Positions 21,506-32,012 are shown, counted from the first letter of the stretch. The stretch: DNA of 64,000 nucleotides from Gammaproteobacteria bacterium (GCA_024763505.1 JANTFI010000002.1:9990-73989); one strand, 5' to 3'. The notes: generated by a model from the sequence alone, not told the origin. Numbers and translations are program-made.

Positions 21506-22519
21506 TTATTTCCAGCCAGCGCGATCCATAATGCGGACCGCTTCGGCATTATTGCGCCCGAGCACATCCAGATTCAGCTTGTCGGATTTGAAATCGCCCC
21601 AGCTTTTAACCAGTTCGCTGACTTCTGCGCCTTCACGCACCGGGTATTCGAAATTGACTTCGGCATACCATTTTTGCGCTTCCGGGCTAACCAGAAACTC
21701 CAGCAGTTTGATCGCATTGTCGCGGTTCCTGGCATATTTGGTCACTCCGGCACCGCTGATATTGACATGCGTACCGCGATCTTGCTGATTCGGCCAGAAT
21801 AGCCCCATCGCTCTGGCTGCCTGCAACTGTACTTTATCTTTTTTACTGGTCAACATCTTGCCGTAATAATAGGTGTTGGCCACAGCCAGATCACACTGCC
21901 CGGCGGCAGCCGCCTTGATCTGGTCGCGGTCTCCCCCCTGTGGCGGGCGCGCCATGTTTTTCACGATGCCATTGGCCCATTGCTGTGCCGCATCCTTGCC
22001 ATCTGCGGCGATCATCGAAGCCACCAGCGACTGGTTATAAATGTTACTCGAACCGCGTATGCAAATACGCTTGTGCCATTTTTCACTGGCCAGATCCTCA
22101 TAAGTCGACAATTCGGATGGCTTGACCCGGTCTTTGGCATAGAAGATAACCCGCGCACGTTGCGACAGGCCGACCCACTGCCCTTGCGGATCACGAAGAT
22201 GCGCCGGCACCGCATCATTCAAAACCGGATTATCGATGCTGGCAAACACACCTGCTTGCTTGGCACGATACAAGCGACCGGCATCGACGGTGATAAACAC
22301 ATCCGCCGGCGAATTGCGGCCTTCGTTTTTCAACCGGGTCAACAGTTTGTCGGCCTTGGCGGTAACCAGATTGGTCTGGATACCGGTTTGCTCGGTAAAA
22401 CGGTCCAGCAACGGCTTGATCAGCTTTTCCTTACGGCCGGAATAGACATTCACTTCCGACGCCATTGCGCTCATCGAACTGACGACCAGTGCGGCTACCA
22501 CGAGATGTTTCAGTTTCAT
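21506..22519 (-). CDS. fbpA: Fe3+ ABC transporter periplasmic binding protein (FbpA/FutA)
   Basis: Signal peptide, EVNVYSGR, NIYNQSL, VANTYYYG, EVNFEYPV. Confidence 0.93.
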   Translation of the reverse strand: MKLKHLVVAALVVSSMSAMASEVNVYSGRKEKLIKPLLDRFTEQTGIQTNLVTAKADKLLTRLKNEGRNSPADVFITVDAGRLYRAKQAGVFASIDNPVLNDAVPAHLRDPQGQWVGLSQRARVIFYAKDRVKPSELSTYEDLASEKWHKRICIRGSSNIYNQSLVASMIAADGKDAAQQWANGIVKNMARPPQGGDRDQIKAAAAGQCDLAVANTYYYGKMLTSKKDKVQLQAARAMGLFWPNQQDRGTHVNISGAGVTKYARNRDNAIKLLEFLVSPEAQKWYAEVNFEYPVREGAEVSELVKSWGDFKSDKLNLDVLGRNNAEAVRIMDRAGWK

Positions 22520-22579
22520 AATCAGGACTCCGATATAATCAAATCAATCACTGCCGCGCATGATAGTCAGATTTTTTCA

Positions 22580-22610
22580 AATGTAAATAATAATCTTTCT
22601 CATTTACATT
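22580..22610. promoter_or_regulatory. Fur box in the fbpA/glnE divergent region
   Basis: 22586-22604 reverse complement AATGAGAAAGATTATTATT, 3 mismatches to AATGATAATnATTATCATT; flanked by a perfect 9-bp inverted repeat AATGTAAAT/ATTTACATT. Confidence 0.8.
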
Positions 22611-22630
22611 AATATTAATGAAATAATTTT

Positions 22631-25441
22631 ATGCCTGTATCCGATAATTTTATTGCAGAGAATGACTTCGACTGGCAACGGTTGCAGCAACACCCCGCAT
22701 TTCCGCCGCCCGAAGATCCGTTGCACGATGATTTGCTGCGTCTGGCCTGCGCCAGTCCTTACGCGCTGCAGCAATTATTGCGCGACCCGGAGCTATTACC
22801 AGCATTGGTATCCCTCACCCGTTTTGAACGGAATGAATCATCCATCATCGCCGCACTGCAAGATCTCGTATCGCTTGATGACATCAAAAAACAGTTCCGC
22901 CGTTACCGTCATCGCAAACTGGTCGAAATCATTTTTCTCGATGTCTGTCGCCATCAGCCGGTCGAGCAAACGCTCAGGCAACTGAGCGATGTAGCCGATT
23001 GCCTGATCCAACAGGCGCAGCAAAAAGCCGAACAAATACTGGCCGAGCGTCACGGGCAACCCGAGGATGCCGATGGCAAGCCGATGCAACTGAATATCAT
23101 CGGCATGGGCAAGCTCGGCGGCGGGGAGTTGAATTTCTCGTCCGATATCGACCTGATTTGCGCATTTCGCGAAGAGGGTGAACTGAGCGGCTATGGAAAG
23201 CTGGCGCATAGCGAATTCTTCAGCCGCGTGGTTCGGCTCTTTAAGGAGTTACTACACGAGCACACCGCCGATGGCTTTGTTTACCGCGTCGATTTACGTC
23301 TGCGACCGTGGGGCGACTCCGGGTCACTGGCGCTCAGCCATAGTGCGCTGGAACAATATTATCAATTGCATGGCCGCGAGTGGGAGCAATACGCCATGCT
23401 CAAGGCCCGTGTTATTTGCGCAAGTGATGAAGATCGCGCCGCGCTGCAGGCGATTATCACCCCTTTCGTGTATCGGCGTTATCACGATTACCGGGTGTTC
23501 GACGGCCTCGCCCATCTCAAGCAGCAAATCGACCAGCAAGCCAGCCAACAGGGTAAAACCGGAAATATCAAGATCGGGCCGGGTGGCATCCGCGAAATCG
23601 AATTCTTCGTGCAAGCGTTTCAGATTCTTCGTGGTGGGCGCAATCAGGCATTGCAAACGCCGTCGATATTGCAAGCCATGAAAGTGCTGGCCGACCAGTA
23701 TATCGTGGAAACCGAAACTATCGTAGCACTGCGGCAGGCATGGATTTTTTTGCGCCAACTGGAAAACCGCCTGCAAATGTTTCAGGATCTGCAGTCCCAT
23801 GCACTCCCTGATTCGGCGGATACACTCCAGCGCATTGCCGCAGCCCTCGACTTTAGCGACCCGCTGCAGCTAGAGCTGCAACTGGCAAAATGGCAGCATG
23901 CCGTGCATGAGCCATTCTCCACCCTGTTCGAGTCATCCCGACCCGCGCCTGCCAGCCATATGGACTGGGAGCAACTCGACCCCGAGCAGCAACTGCAATG
24001 GCTGCAATCACTGGGCTTTGAACAAGTGATTGGCATTCAGCAACCACTGACGAAATTCTACCAATCCCGCGCACGGCAGTTCCTGTCTGATAAGGCGCGC
24101 AGTCGTCTCGACACCTTGCTGCCAGAAATTCTCAAACGACTGGCGCAACGCAAACAGCCAGAACCATTGCTGGCCCGTTTGCTGGCATTATTGACCAGCA
24201 TCGCCGGGCGCAGTGTGTATTTCGAGTTGCTGTACCAGAATTTACCGCTGCTGGATAAATTGCTCGACGCATTCGACAACAGCGCATGGATCGCCAGCGA
24301 AGTCACGCAATATCCGATCTTGCTCGAATCCCTGCTCTTTCCGGAACCTTTATCCGAACGTTTTGAACGGGATCGACTGCAACACGAACTGGCGCTGCAA
24401 CTGAACAACGTGGCAGGCGATGCTGAGTTGGAGCTGGATTTTCTGCGCCAGTTCAAGCGCACCCAAACGCTGGTCATTGCGCAAGCCGAAATCGATCAAC
24501 AAATCGATGCGCCTGAAGCGTCCCGGCATTTGACCGAGCTTGCCGAAATCTTGTTGCAGGCCGTGTATGAGCTGAGTTGGCAGCAATTGACCAAGCGCTA
24601 TGGCGCACCCGGCAGAGTGAACGATGCCAATCCGGATTCACCGGGCATGGCCATTATCGGCTACGGCAAGTTGGGTGGAAACGAACTGCATTATCAGTCT
24701 GATCTGGACATCATCTTTTTACACGACAGCGATGCAAACGCAGCGACTGGCGTTGATCAGGGTCTTGAGCAGCAGCAGTTTTTCTCTCGTCTTGCACAAA
24801 AAATCATTTCCACCCTGACTATTCCCACCGCTGCCGGACCACTGTACGAAGTCGATACCCGGCTGCGCCCGAATGGAGCAGCCGGCTTGCTGGTTTCTTC
24901 GCTGGATGCGTTTGCACGATACCAACGCGACAAGTCCTGGTCATGGGAGCATCAAGCCCTGCTACGCGCCCGAGCCGTGGCCGGCAAGCCAGCGGTGCAA
25001 GCCACCTTCGAAAGCATCCGTAAAGACGTGCTGGCACAACCCCGCGACGATGCCCAGCTGCGTAGGGCGGTACGCGACATGCGCGATAAAATCATTCAGG
25101 CCAAACAGCCGCCCGAAGGAGAAACCTTCAACCTCAAACATTCCCGCGGGGGGTTGACCGATATCGAGTTCATGGTGCAATACCGGGTGTTGCTGCATGC
25201 AAATAAATTTGCCAGCCTGTGCGAAACGACTGATAATATCGGGCTGTTACACGTCTTGCATCAGCACCATTTGATCACCGATCAACAGTTCGAATTGTGC
25301 GACGTGATCCGGATTTATCATCATTATTTGCACACTCGCGTGTTGCAAAACGAGTCTGTCGACATGCCTTCCAGCCATGTTCAGGCGCAGATCGATCTGG
25401 TTCGGGCTTGCTGGGACAAAACCTTTCAAACAACACGATAA
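22631..25441 (+). CDS. glnE: glutamine synthetase adenylyltransferase/removase
   Basis: Two nucleotidyltransferase domains: MGKLGGGELNFSSDIDL and YGKLGGNELHYQSDLDI. Confidence 0.96.
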   Translation: MPVSDNFIAENDFDWQRLQQHPAFPPPEDPLHDDLLRLACASPYALQQLLRDPELLPALVSLTRFERNESSIIAALQDLVSLDDIKKQFRRYRHRKLVEIIFLDVCRHQPVEQTLRQLSDVADCLIQQAQQKAEQILAERHGQPEDADGKPMQLNIIGMGKLGGGELNFSSDIDLICAFREEGELSGYGKLAHSEFFSRVVRLFKELLHEHTADGFVYRVDLRLRPWGDSGSLALSHSALEQYYQLHGREWEQYAMLKARVICASDEDRAALQAIITPFVYRRYHDYRVFDGLAHLKQQIDQQASQQGKTGNIKIGPGGIREIEFFVQAFQILRGGRNQALQTPSILQAMKVLADQYIVETETIVALRQAWIFLRQLENRLQMFQDLQSHALPDSADTLQRIAAALDFSDPLQLELQLAKWQHAVHEPFSTLFESSRPAPASHMDWEQLDPEQQLQWLQSLGFEQVIGIQQPLTKFYQSRARQFLSDKARSRLDTLLPEILKRLAQRKQPEPLLARLLALLTSIAGRSVYFELLYQNLPLLDKLLDAFDNSAWIASEVTQYPILLESLLFPEPLSERFERDRLQHELALQLNNVAGDAELELDFLRQFKRTQTLVIAQAEIDQQIDAPEASRHLTELAEILLQAVYELSWQQLTKRYGAPGRVNDANPDSPGMAIIGYGKLGGNELHYQSDLDIIFLHDSDANAATGVDQGLEQQQFFSRLAQKIISTLTIPTAAGPLYEVDTRLRPNGAAGLLVSSLDAFARYQRDKSWSWEHQALLRARAVAGKPAVQATFESIRKDVLAQPRDDAQLRRAVRDMRDKIIQAKQPPEGETFNLKHSRGGLTDIEFMVQYRVLLHANKFASLCETTDNIGLLHVLHQHHLITDQQFELCDVIRIYHHYLHTRVLQNESVDMPSSHVQAQIDLVRACWDKTFQTTR

Positions 25442-25460
25442 CAAGTGCGGAGCTACAAAC

Positions 25461-26378
25461 ATGTCAATGTCTGATCGAGACGGTGTCATCTGGTTCGATG
25501 GCAAAATGGTGCCCTGGCGCGAGGCCAATATCCACGTGCTGACCCATACCCTGCATTACGGCATGGGCGCCTTCGAGGGTGTGCGCGCCTACCACGCCGA
25601 TCAGGGCACGGCTATTTTCGCGCTCGAAGCGCATACCGACCGGCTGATCGATTCCTGCAAGATTCTTGGCATGAAGCTGCGCTTTAACAAGGAAGAGTTG
25701 ATGCAGGCCCAGATTGACGCGGTGCGCGACAACCAACTCGACAGCGCCTACATACGCCCGATGGTGTTCTATGGCTCGGATGCGATGGGCCTGCGCGCCG
25801 ATAACCTGACTGTGCATACCATCGTCGCCGCCTGGGAATGGGGTTCATACCTCGGTGCCGAAGGTATGGAAAAAGGTATCCGCATCAAGACGTCCTCGTT
25901 TACCCGTCACCATGTCAACATTTCGGTCACTAAAGCCAAGGCCAATGGTCAATACATCAATTCGATGCTGGCACTGCAGGAAGCGCTGACCGATGGCTAT
26001 GATGAAGCCCTGCTGCTGGACCCTGAAGGCTATGTCGCCGAAGGCAGCGGAGAAAATATCTTTGTCATTAAAAACGGCGTGATCTACACCCCGGAAGTCA
26101 CCTCGGCACTGAATGGCATCACCCGTAAAACGATTTTTCAACTGGCCAATGACAGAGGAATGGAGATCATCGAGAAACGCTTGACCCGGGACGAAATCTA
26201 TATCGCCGATGAAGCCTTTTTCACCGGCACCGCCGCCGAAGTCACACCGATTCGGGAACTCGATAATCGCCCGATCGGCAATGGCCGCGGCCCGATTACC
26301 GAAACATTGCAAACCGACTATTTCGATCTGGTGCACGGCCGCAATGAAAAACATATCGACCTTTTAACCTTCATCTGA
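25461..26378 (+). CDS. ilvE: branched-chain amino acid aminotransferase
   Basis: LHYGMGAFEGVRAY, EGSGENIF, EAFFTGTAAEV; start set to ATG 25461. Confidence 0.97.
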   Translation: MSMSDRDGVIWFDGKMVPWREANIHVLTHTLHYGMGAFEGVRAYHADQGTAIFALEAHTDRLIDSCKILGMKLRFNKEELMQAQIDAVRDNQLDSAYIRPMVFYGSDAMGLRADNLTVHTIVAAWEWGSYLGAEGMEKGIRIKTSSFTRHHVNISVTKAKANGQYINSMLALQEALTDGYDEALLLDPEGYVAEGSGENIFVIKNGVIYTPEVTSALNGITRKTIFQLANDRGMEIIEKRLTRDEIYIADEAFFTGTAAEVTPIRELDNRPIGNGRGPITETLQTDYFDLVHGRNEKHIDLLTFI

Positions 26379-26395
26379 AAATTACGGATTTCATC

Positions 26396-26611
26396 ATGGT
26401 CAACCCGAACACTGCTGCACACCAACAGGACTTTGCCACGCCCAATGCCAAGACCGCGGTCGAGATCAAATCGGCCGACTTGCCGGTGCATTGCCCGATG
26501 CCCGGCTCAAGCCTGTGGAATTCACACCCGCAAGTGTATATCCCGCTGGCAGAAAACTGTGGTGAAGCTCGCTGCCCTTACTGCGGCACCTTATTCAAAC
26601 TGGTCGACTAA
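26396..26611 (+). CDS. small CHCC-type zinc-finger protein
   Basis: HCP..WNSHPQVYI..CPYCG; commonly follows ilvE. Confidence 0.88.
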   Translation: MVNPNTAAHQQDFATPNAKTAVEIKSADLPVHCPMPGSSLWNSHPQVYIPLAENCGEARCPYCGTLFKLVD

Positions 26612-26987
26612 ACCACACCCGACCATTTCTGTTTGCCATCGACTCTGGTCTAAGCCAACCCAGACTCCCATAGCGAAGTCAGGTCGTAGAGTATCGGCCC
26701 CGTGCCTGCAGGCCGATCGATTCCACGCTGTACTGCAACACCGACAACACTTCCCGAGTCCAATTTTGTAAATAAAAACCAATCAATTTTTGAGTATTCT
26801 GATTAATCATTGATTTTTCCTCTTTTCAATAGCGACAAAGTTTCTATCTGGATAATTTGTGTTAACATCGCTGGCGCTTTCTGTCAGTATAATGGCGCGC
26901 CATTACGTACTGATTGATCCTTAAATTAATAACAAAATATAATTTTCAGGTTGGTTTCCGACTAATCCGGATTTTGGAGTCGTTTTT

Positions 26988-28190
26988 ATGTTAAAAAAGT
27001 TGATCGCTGGCGCCTTGATTGCTGTCTCAACCACTCTTTTCACCACTACTTTATATGCTGAGGAAAAGGCTCAAGCTCCGGCACAGCCGGTTACCGTCAA
27101 TAACCCCGATCAGAATCTGGTACCGGAAAGTGAAATCTATACCATTCAGGGAGGCAGCGCTTCCAGCAGCACGGCTCTTGGCGGTACCGTCATGCCGCAA
27201 AAAATGGTTAACCTGATCGCGCAAATGCCGGGTGAAGTAAAGTACATCGCTGGCGAGGAAGGCGATAAATTCAGCGGCGGTACAATTCTGGTCGGGCTGG
27301 ATACATCGGCCCTGATGGAAAAACGTCGTGCCGCTGTGGCCGGATTGCTCAGCGCACAGGCTGGATTATCCAATGCGATGGTGCAATTCCAGCGGGAAGT
27401 GGAATCACCCAACTCGAACTCCAATACCATGCTCGGCGGAGCACCTTCCATGTTCAGCATGTTTTCTGATCCGATCCGCGAATTCAGCGGGCGCGGCGAT
27501 CCAGATTATGAGCGTTACTCTAATCTGTTCGGCCAAAACGTACAAATTCAGACTGCGCGCAACCAGATCGAAACCGCTCGCGCCGGAATTGCAGAACTCG
27601 ACGCCAATATCGAAAACGCCAAGTCGATCGCCCCGTTCGATGGCGTGATCGTCAAAAAACTGGTCGAAGTCGGTGATATCGTTCAACCCGGCATGCCTCT
27701 GGTCGTGTTCGCTGATACCAGCGTGATGCAGATCCAGGTCGAAATGCCAGCCAGACTGGTTTCCAGTCTGCGCCCGGACAGTATCGTAAAAGCCCGGCTG
27801 GATAACAGTGGAACAATCATTCCGGCACGGGTTTCCCGCATCTTTCCGATGGCCAACCAGGGTGGTCATACCACCACCGTCAAATTCGACCTGCCACAAA
27901 ATAGTGGAGCGCGCGCAGGTATGTATGCCGAGATCCTGATTCCCGGCCAAACCGCCGGTAAACCGCAGCGCCCTGTGATCCCGCTCAGCGCTATCACCTG
28001 GCGCGGTAGCCTGCCGGCCGTTTTTCAGGTTTCCGATGACCGCAGCAATATCAGGATGCGTACCCTGCGACTGGGCTCGCGCATGGGCGACAGCGTGGTC
28101 GTCATCTCCGGCGTCAAGGTCGGTGACCGGATTCTGAATCATCCGCTGGGCTCTACCCGCTCCGGCGCTTATAAAGCACCTGCGAAATAA
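26988..28190 (+). CDS. RND efflux periplasmic adaptor (membrane fusion protein)
   Basis: Signal peptide, lipoyl half motif APFDGVIVKKLVEVGDIVQPG, GMYAE, ISGVKVGD. Confidence 0.9.
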   Translation: MLKKLIAGALIAVSTTLFTTTLYAEEKAQAPAQPVTVNNPDQNLVPESEIYTIQGGSASSSTALGGTVMPQKMVNLIAQMPGEVKYIAGEEGDKFSGGTILVGLDTSALMEKRRAAVAGLLSAQAGLSNAMVQFQREVESPNSNSNTMLGGAPSMFSMFSDPIREFSGRGDPDYERYSNLFGQNVQIQTARNQIETARAGIAELDANIENAKSIAPFDGVIVKKLVEVGDIVQPGMPLVVFADTSVMQIQVEMPARLVSSLRPDSIVKARLDNSGTIIPARVSRIFPMANQGGHTTTVKFDLPQNSGARAGMYAEILIPGQTAGKPQRPVIPLSAITWRGSLPAVFQVSDDRSNIRMRTLRLGSRMGDSVVVISGVKVGDRILNHPLGSTRSGAYKAPAK

Positions 28191-28334
28191 CAGTACAAGC
28201 GGTGGTTGTACCGCTGACACAAAAGCAGGCACGGCATCGAGCCAGAAATATTTGCACCCGTCGTCCCTGTAAATCCCTTACTGAACTGACAGCCGTAACA
28301 GTCAGACAATCAATAACAAGAGGTCAGCCGAGCC

Positions 28335-31300
28335 ATGACGGTAGCGAATAAACAAGATGTATTAAGTAAAGAAGAACTGGGTTTTGCCGGTCGACTGGCT
28401 GATTCCTTTATTCATTCTCCGTTATCGCCTCTGCTGTTTATCGCTATGATGCTGGTCGGCTTTTATGGCTTGTATGCCACGCCGAGACAGGAAGATCCGC
28501 AAATCTCGGTACCGATGATCGACATCATGCTGCAAATGCCCGGTGCCTCGTCGGAAGAAATCTCGCGTCTGGTGGTCAGTCCGCTGGAACGACTGGTGTC
28601 CGAGATCAATGGCGTCAAGCATGTATATTCGGTCAGCGATGAAGGTTTTGGCATCATCACTCTGGAATTCAATGTCGGTGAACAAATCGAACGCGCCATT
28701 GTGTTGACCCATAACAAGGTACAAGCCAACCTTGATCTGATGCCGCCCGGCGCCAAGGAACCCCTGATCAAACCCAAGGAAGTCGACGATGTACCAGTGG
28801 TGACGCTGACGCTGTGGTCGAACGAAATGGATGATGCCAATTTACGCACCCTGGCGGTCAGCCTGATGCAGGATCTCAAACAGGTGCCGCTGACCGGCAA
28901 TACCTTTGTTTCCGGTGGTCGCTCCGAACAGGTCCGGATCAACGTATTGCCCGGAAAACTCAAGGGTTTCGGCATCACGATGGGGCATATCGCCAACACT
29001 ATCCAGAGCTTCAATACCGAGCAAACCGTCGGCTTTGTTGAACAGAGCGATAAATTTTTGTGGGTCAAGACCGGGGTGTTTCTGAAATCGGCCGACGATT
29101 TCGAACGGCTGGTGGTCGGCAATCATGAAGGGAAACCGGTGTATCTGCGCGATGTGGCCGAAGTCATCGAAGGACCTGAAGAAGCTCGTCAGCAAGTCGC
29201 TTATTACAGTGGCCCGGCTTATGATGGCGAAGCCGTGAATGGCGCGCAAGCCGTTACAATCGCCATTGCCAAGCAACATGGCGCCAACGGTGTCGCGGTG
29301 GTCAACAATATTCTGAAAAAGGTCGATCACCTGAAAGGCCATTTGATTCCGGATAATGTGCAGGTTGCGGTCACGCGTAATTATGGTGAAACCGCCAACG
29401 CCAAGGTCAACTCATTGCTGTTCAAGCTGGTGGTTGCGACGGCTGCGGTCACCTTTCTGGTCTGGATATCGCTCGGGCTACGCCCGGCCATCGTAGTGTT
29501 GCTGACCATTCCGGTGGTACTCGTTATCACCGTATTCATGGCCATGATGATGGGCTACACCATCGACCGGGTGAGCCTGTTTGCGCTGATATTTTCGATC
29601 GGTTTCCTGGTCGATAACGCGATTGTTATCGTCGAAAATATTTATGCACGCTGGCTGCGGGCCGGTGAAACCAGCACCGAAATCGCGGTCGATGCCGTGC
29701 GCGAAGTGGGTAACCCGACCGTGCTGGCCACCTACACCGTAATCGCGGCCTTGCTGCCAATGGGTTTTGTGCGCGGCATGATGGGCCCCTACATGGAGCC
29801 GATCCCGGCGCTGGGTTCGGTGGCGATGATTTTCTCGCTGATTGCCGCCGTCGTTTTCGCCCCGTGGATCGCAATGCGGATTATTCCGCCAATGGATACC
29901 CTGCACAAAATGGAAGAGCGCGATGAAAAAATCGACCACTGGCTGGGTAAGTTCTATCACCGCGTGCTCGGCGCCTTGATCGACAAGAAAATTGCCGGCT
30001 ATGGCTTTCTGGCCGGATTGATTTTTGCTTTTTTCGTCGTCGTCGCCATGTTCACCCCATTGACCGATTACATGGTCAAGGTCAAGATGCTGCCGTTCGA
30101 CAACAAGGCCGAATTCGCATTGGTTATCGATATGCCCGACGGCACCGCCCTGCCGGATACGGTCAATACCACCAACGATATTGTCGAGCTGATTCGCACT
30201 GTTCCTGAAGTCACTGCATTGCAGACCTATGTCGGCACCGCTCGTCCTTTCGATTTCAATGGTCTGGTACGCCACTATTATTTGCGTCAGTTCCCGTGGC
30301 AAGCAGAAATCCAGGTGCAATTGACCGACAAGCACGACCGCGACCGTACCAGTCACGATATCGCACAGCAAGTACGCCAAATGCTCAAGCCGGTCGGCCA
30401 GGCCGCGAATGCCGTGATTACCATTGTCGAAATGCCACCCGGGCCGCCGGTTCTGCAAACCGTGGTAGCCGAAGTACATGGCCCAGACGCGCAAACCCGG
30501 GCACAAGTCACCACCATGCTGACCGAGTTGTTTCGCGAATCCGAGCTGATCGATGATGTCGACAATTACATGCGCTCGCAGCAGGAAATCTGGCGCTTCA
30601 AGATCGATCTCGATAAAGCCGCCAACCAGGGTGTTACGGTCGAAGCCATCAACCAGCATCTGGCCATGTCGATGGGCATGTTCAAGGTTGGCGATGTCAA
30701 GCAAAAGCTGGTTTATGAACCGACTTATATCATCTTGCAGATTCCACTGGCGGCCCGTTCGAACCTCGAGCAATTAGCGGAAATACCGGTCATGACCGCC
30801 GATGGACGCTCCGTGCCGCTGGGTGAAGTCGGTGAATTCGTCAAGGATTACCGTGACCCGATGATTTTCCACAAAGACTTGCGCCCGGTCGAGTTTGTAG
30901 TCGGCGATTCAGTCGGTAAATTACCGGCACCGATTTATGCGATGAACGATATCGATGAAAGGCTCAAAAGCCATCCGACGCCGGATGGCGTGATTATGTC
31001 CGGCACCATGATCGGCCCACCCGAGCACGACGATGTGTCCGGCTTCGAATGGTCTGGCGAGTGGACAGTTACCTATGAAACCTTCCGCGACATGGGCATG
31101 GCTTTCGGCGTGGCGCTGGTGGCGATCTACATGCTGGTGGTGTGGCAATTTGGCAACTTTTCCATTCCGGCGGTAATCATGGCACCGATCCCGCTGACCA
31201 TGCTGGGAATTCTGCCCGGCCACTGGTTGCTCGGTGCCGAGTTTACAGCCACATCAATGATCGGCTGGATCGCGCTGGCCGGCATCATCGTCAGAAACTC

Positions 31301-31907
31301 GATTCTGCTAATCGACGCCACCATCGCCCGGGTTTCGCAGGGTGAAGAATTGCGCGAAGCGGTGATCAATGCGACCCGCTCCAGAACCCGGCCAATCATG
31401 ATTACAGCGCTGGCACTGGTGCTCGGTTCAATGGTCATTCTGACCGACCCGACCTTTCAGGGTATGGCAATCTCGCTGCTGTTCGGTGTATTTGTCTCGA
31501 CCCTGTTGACCTTGCTGGTCATTCCACTAGGTTGTATTTCACTGGGTGAACGCATCTTCGTTTGCGCCGGCAGTAAAGATCCGAATGTGTGCAAGGATTA
31601 TGATGAGCGCAAAGCCAATGGCGAGTCATTGATTCAGGTTGATCGCAATCTGCAGGACACTGCTGAGAGCCCGGTTGATAACAGTGATGTCACAACAACC
31701 AGCGTCGATTTTGATGTCAGCACGCCAGACAACTCCGACGAAATGGATACGGCTGCGCAAGAAGAAAAACCGGCTGATGCCGTCGTCAAAAAGAAAGCAG
31801 CAAGCAAAAAGAAAAGTACGCGCAAGAAAGCCGTAAAGAAAAAAGCGGCTGCCAAAAAAGCAACCAGCCCGAAAGCTGCCGATAAGGATTCTGAGCCGAA
31901 AGATTAG
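28335..31907 (+). CDS. RND (AcrB/CzcA superfamily) inner-membrane transporter with acidic then Lys/Ala-rich C-terminal tail
   Basis: PRQEDPQI, IGFLVDNAIVIVENI, GIIVRNSILLID, RTRPIMIT. Confidence 0.93.
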   Translation: MTVANKQDVLSKEELGFAGRLADSFIHSPLSPLLFIAMMLVGFYGLYATPRQEDPQISVPMIDIMLQMPGASSEEISRLVVSPLERLVSEINGVKHVYSVSDEGFGIITLEFNVGEQIERAIVLTHNKVQANLDLMPPGAKEPLIKPKEVDDVPVVTLTLWSNEMDDANLRTLAVSLMQDLKQVPLTGNTFVSGGRSEQVRINVLPGKLKGFGITMGHIANTIQSFNTEQTVGFVEQSDKFLWVKTGVFLKSADDFERLVVGNHEGKPVYLRDVAEVIEGPEEARQQVAYYSGPAYDGEAVNGAQAVTIAIAKQHGANGVAVVNNILKKVDHLKGHLIPDNVQVAVTRNYGETANAKVNSLLFKLVVATAAVTFLVWISLGLRPAIVVLLTIPVVLVITVFMAMMMGYTIDRVSLFALIFSIGFLVDNAIVIVENIYARWLRAGETSTEIAVDAVREVGNPTVLATYTVIAALLPMGFVRGMMGPYMEPIPALGSVAMIFSLIAAVVFAPWIAMRIIPPMDTLHKMEERDEKIDHWLGKFYHRVLGALIDKKIAGYGFLAGLIFAFFVVVAMFTPLTDYMVKVKMLPFDNKAEFALVIDMPDGTALPDTVNTTNDIVELIRTVPEVTALQTYVGTARPFDFNGLVRHYYLRQFPWQAEIQVQLTDKHDRDRTSHDIAQQVRQMLKPVGQAANAVITIVEMPPGPPVLQTVVAEVHGPDAQTRAQVTTMLTELFRESELIDDVDNYMRSQQEIWRFKIDLDKAANQGVTVEAINQHLAMSMGMFKVGDVKQKLVYEPTYIILQIPLAARSNLEQLAEIPVMTADGRSVPLGEVGEFVKDYRDPMIFHKDLRPVEFVVGDSVGKLPAPIYAMNDIDERLKSHPTPDGVIMSGTMIGPPEHDDVSGFEWSGEWTVTYETFRDMGMAFGVALVAIYMLVVWQFGNFSIPAVIMAPIPLTMLGILPGHWLLGAEFTATSMIGWIALAGIIVRNSILLIDATIARVSQGEELREAVINATRSRTRPIMITALALVLGSMVILTDPTFQGMAISLLFGVFVSTLLTLLVIPLGCISLGERIFVCAGSKDPNVCKDYDERKANGESLIQVDRNLQDTAESPVDNSDVTTTSVDFDVSTPDNSDEMDTAAQEEKPADAVVKKKAASKKKSTRKKAVKKKAAAKKATSPKAADKDSEPKD

Positions 31908-31920
31908 AAACCAGAGTCGC

Positions 31921-31956
31921 CGGAGTCGGGCTCGGAACCGGGCTCGGAGTCGGAAA
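31921..31956 (+). repeat. six degenerate hexamers CGG(A/G)nn
   Basis: CGGAGT CGGGCT CGGAAC CGGGCT CGGAGT CGGAAA. Confidence 0.7.
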
Positions 31957-31982
31957 AATAACCCGACAGCACTCTAACCCGT

Positions 31983-32012
31983 AAAAAAGCCCGCAACTTG
32001 CGGGCTTTTTTT
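31983..32012. terminator. bidirectional Rho-independent terminator between the RND gene and fccB-like gene
   Basis: AAAAAAGCCCGC-AACTT-GCGGGCTTTTTTT. Confidence 0.9.
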
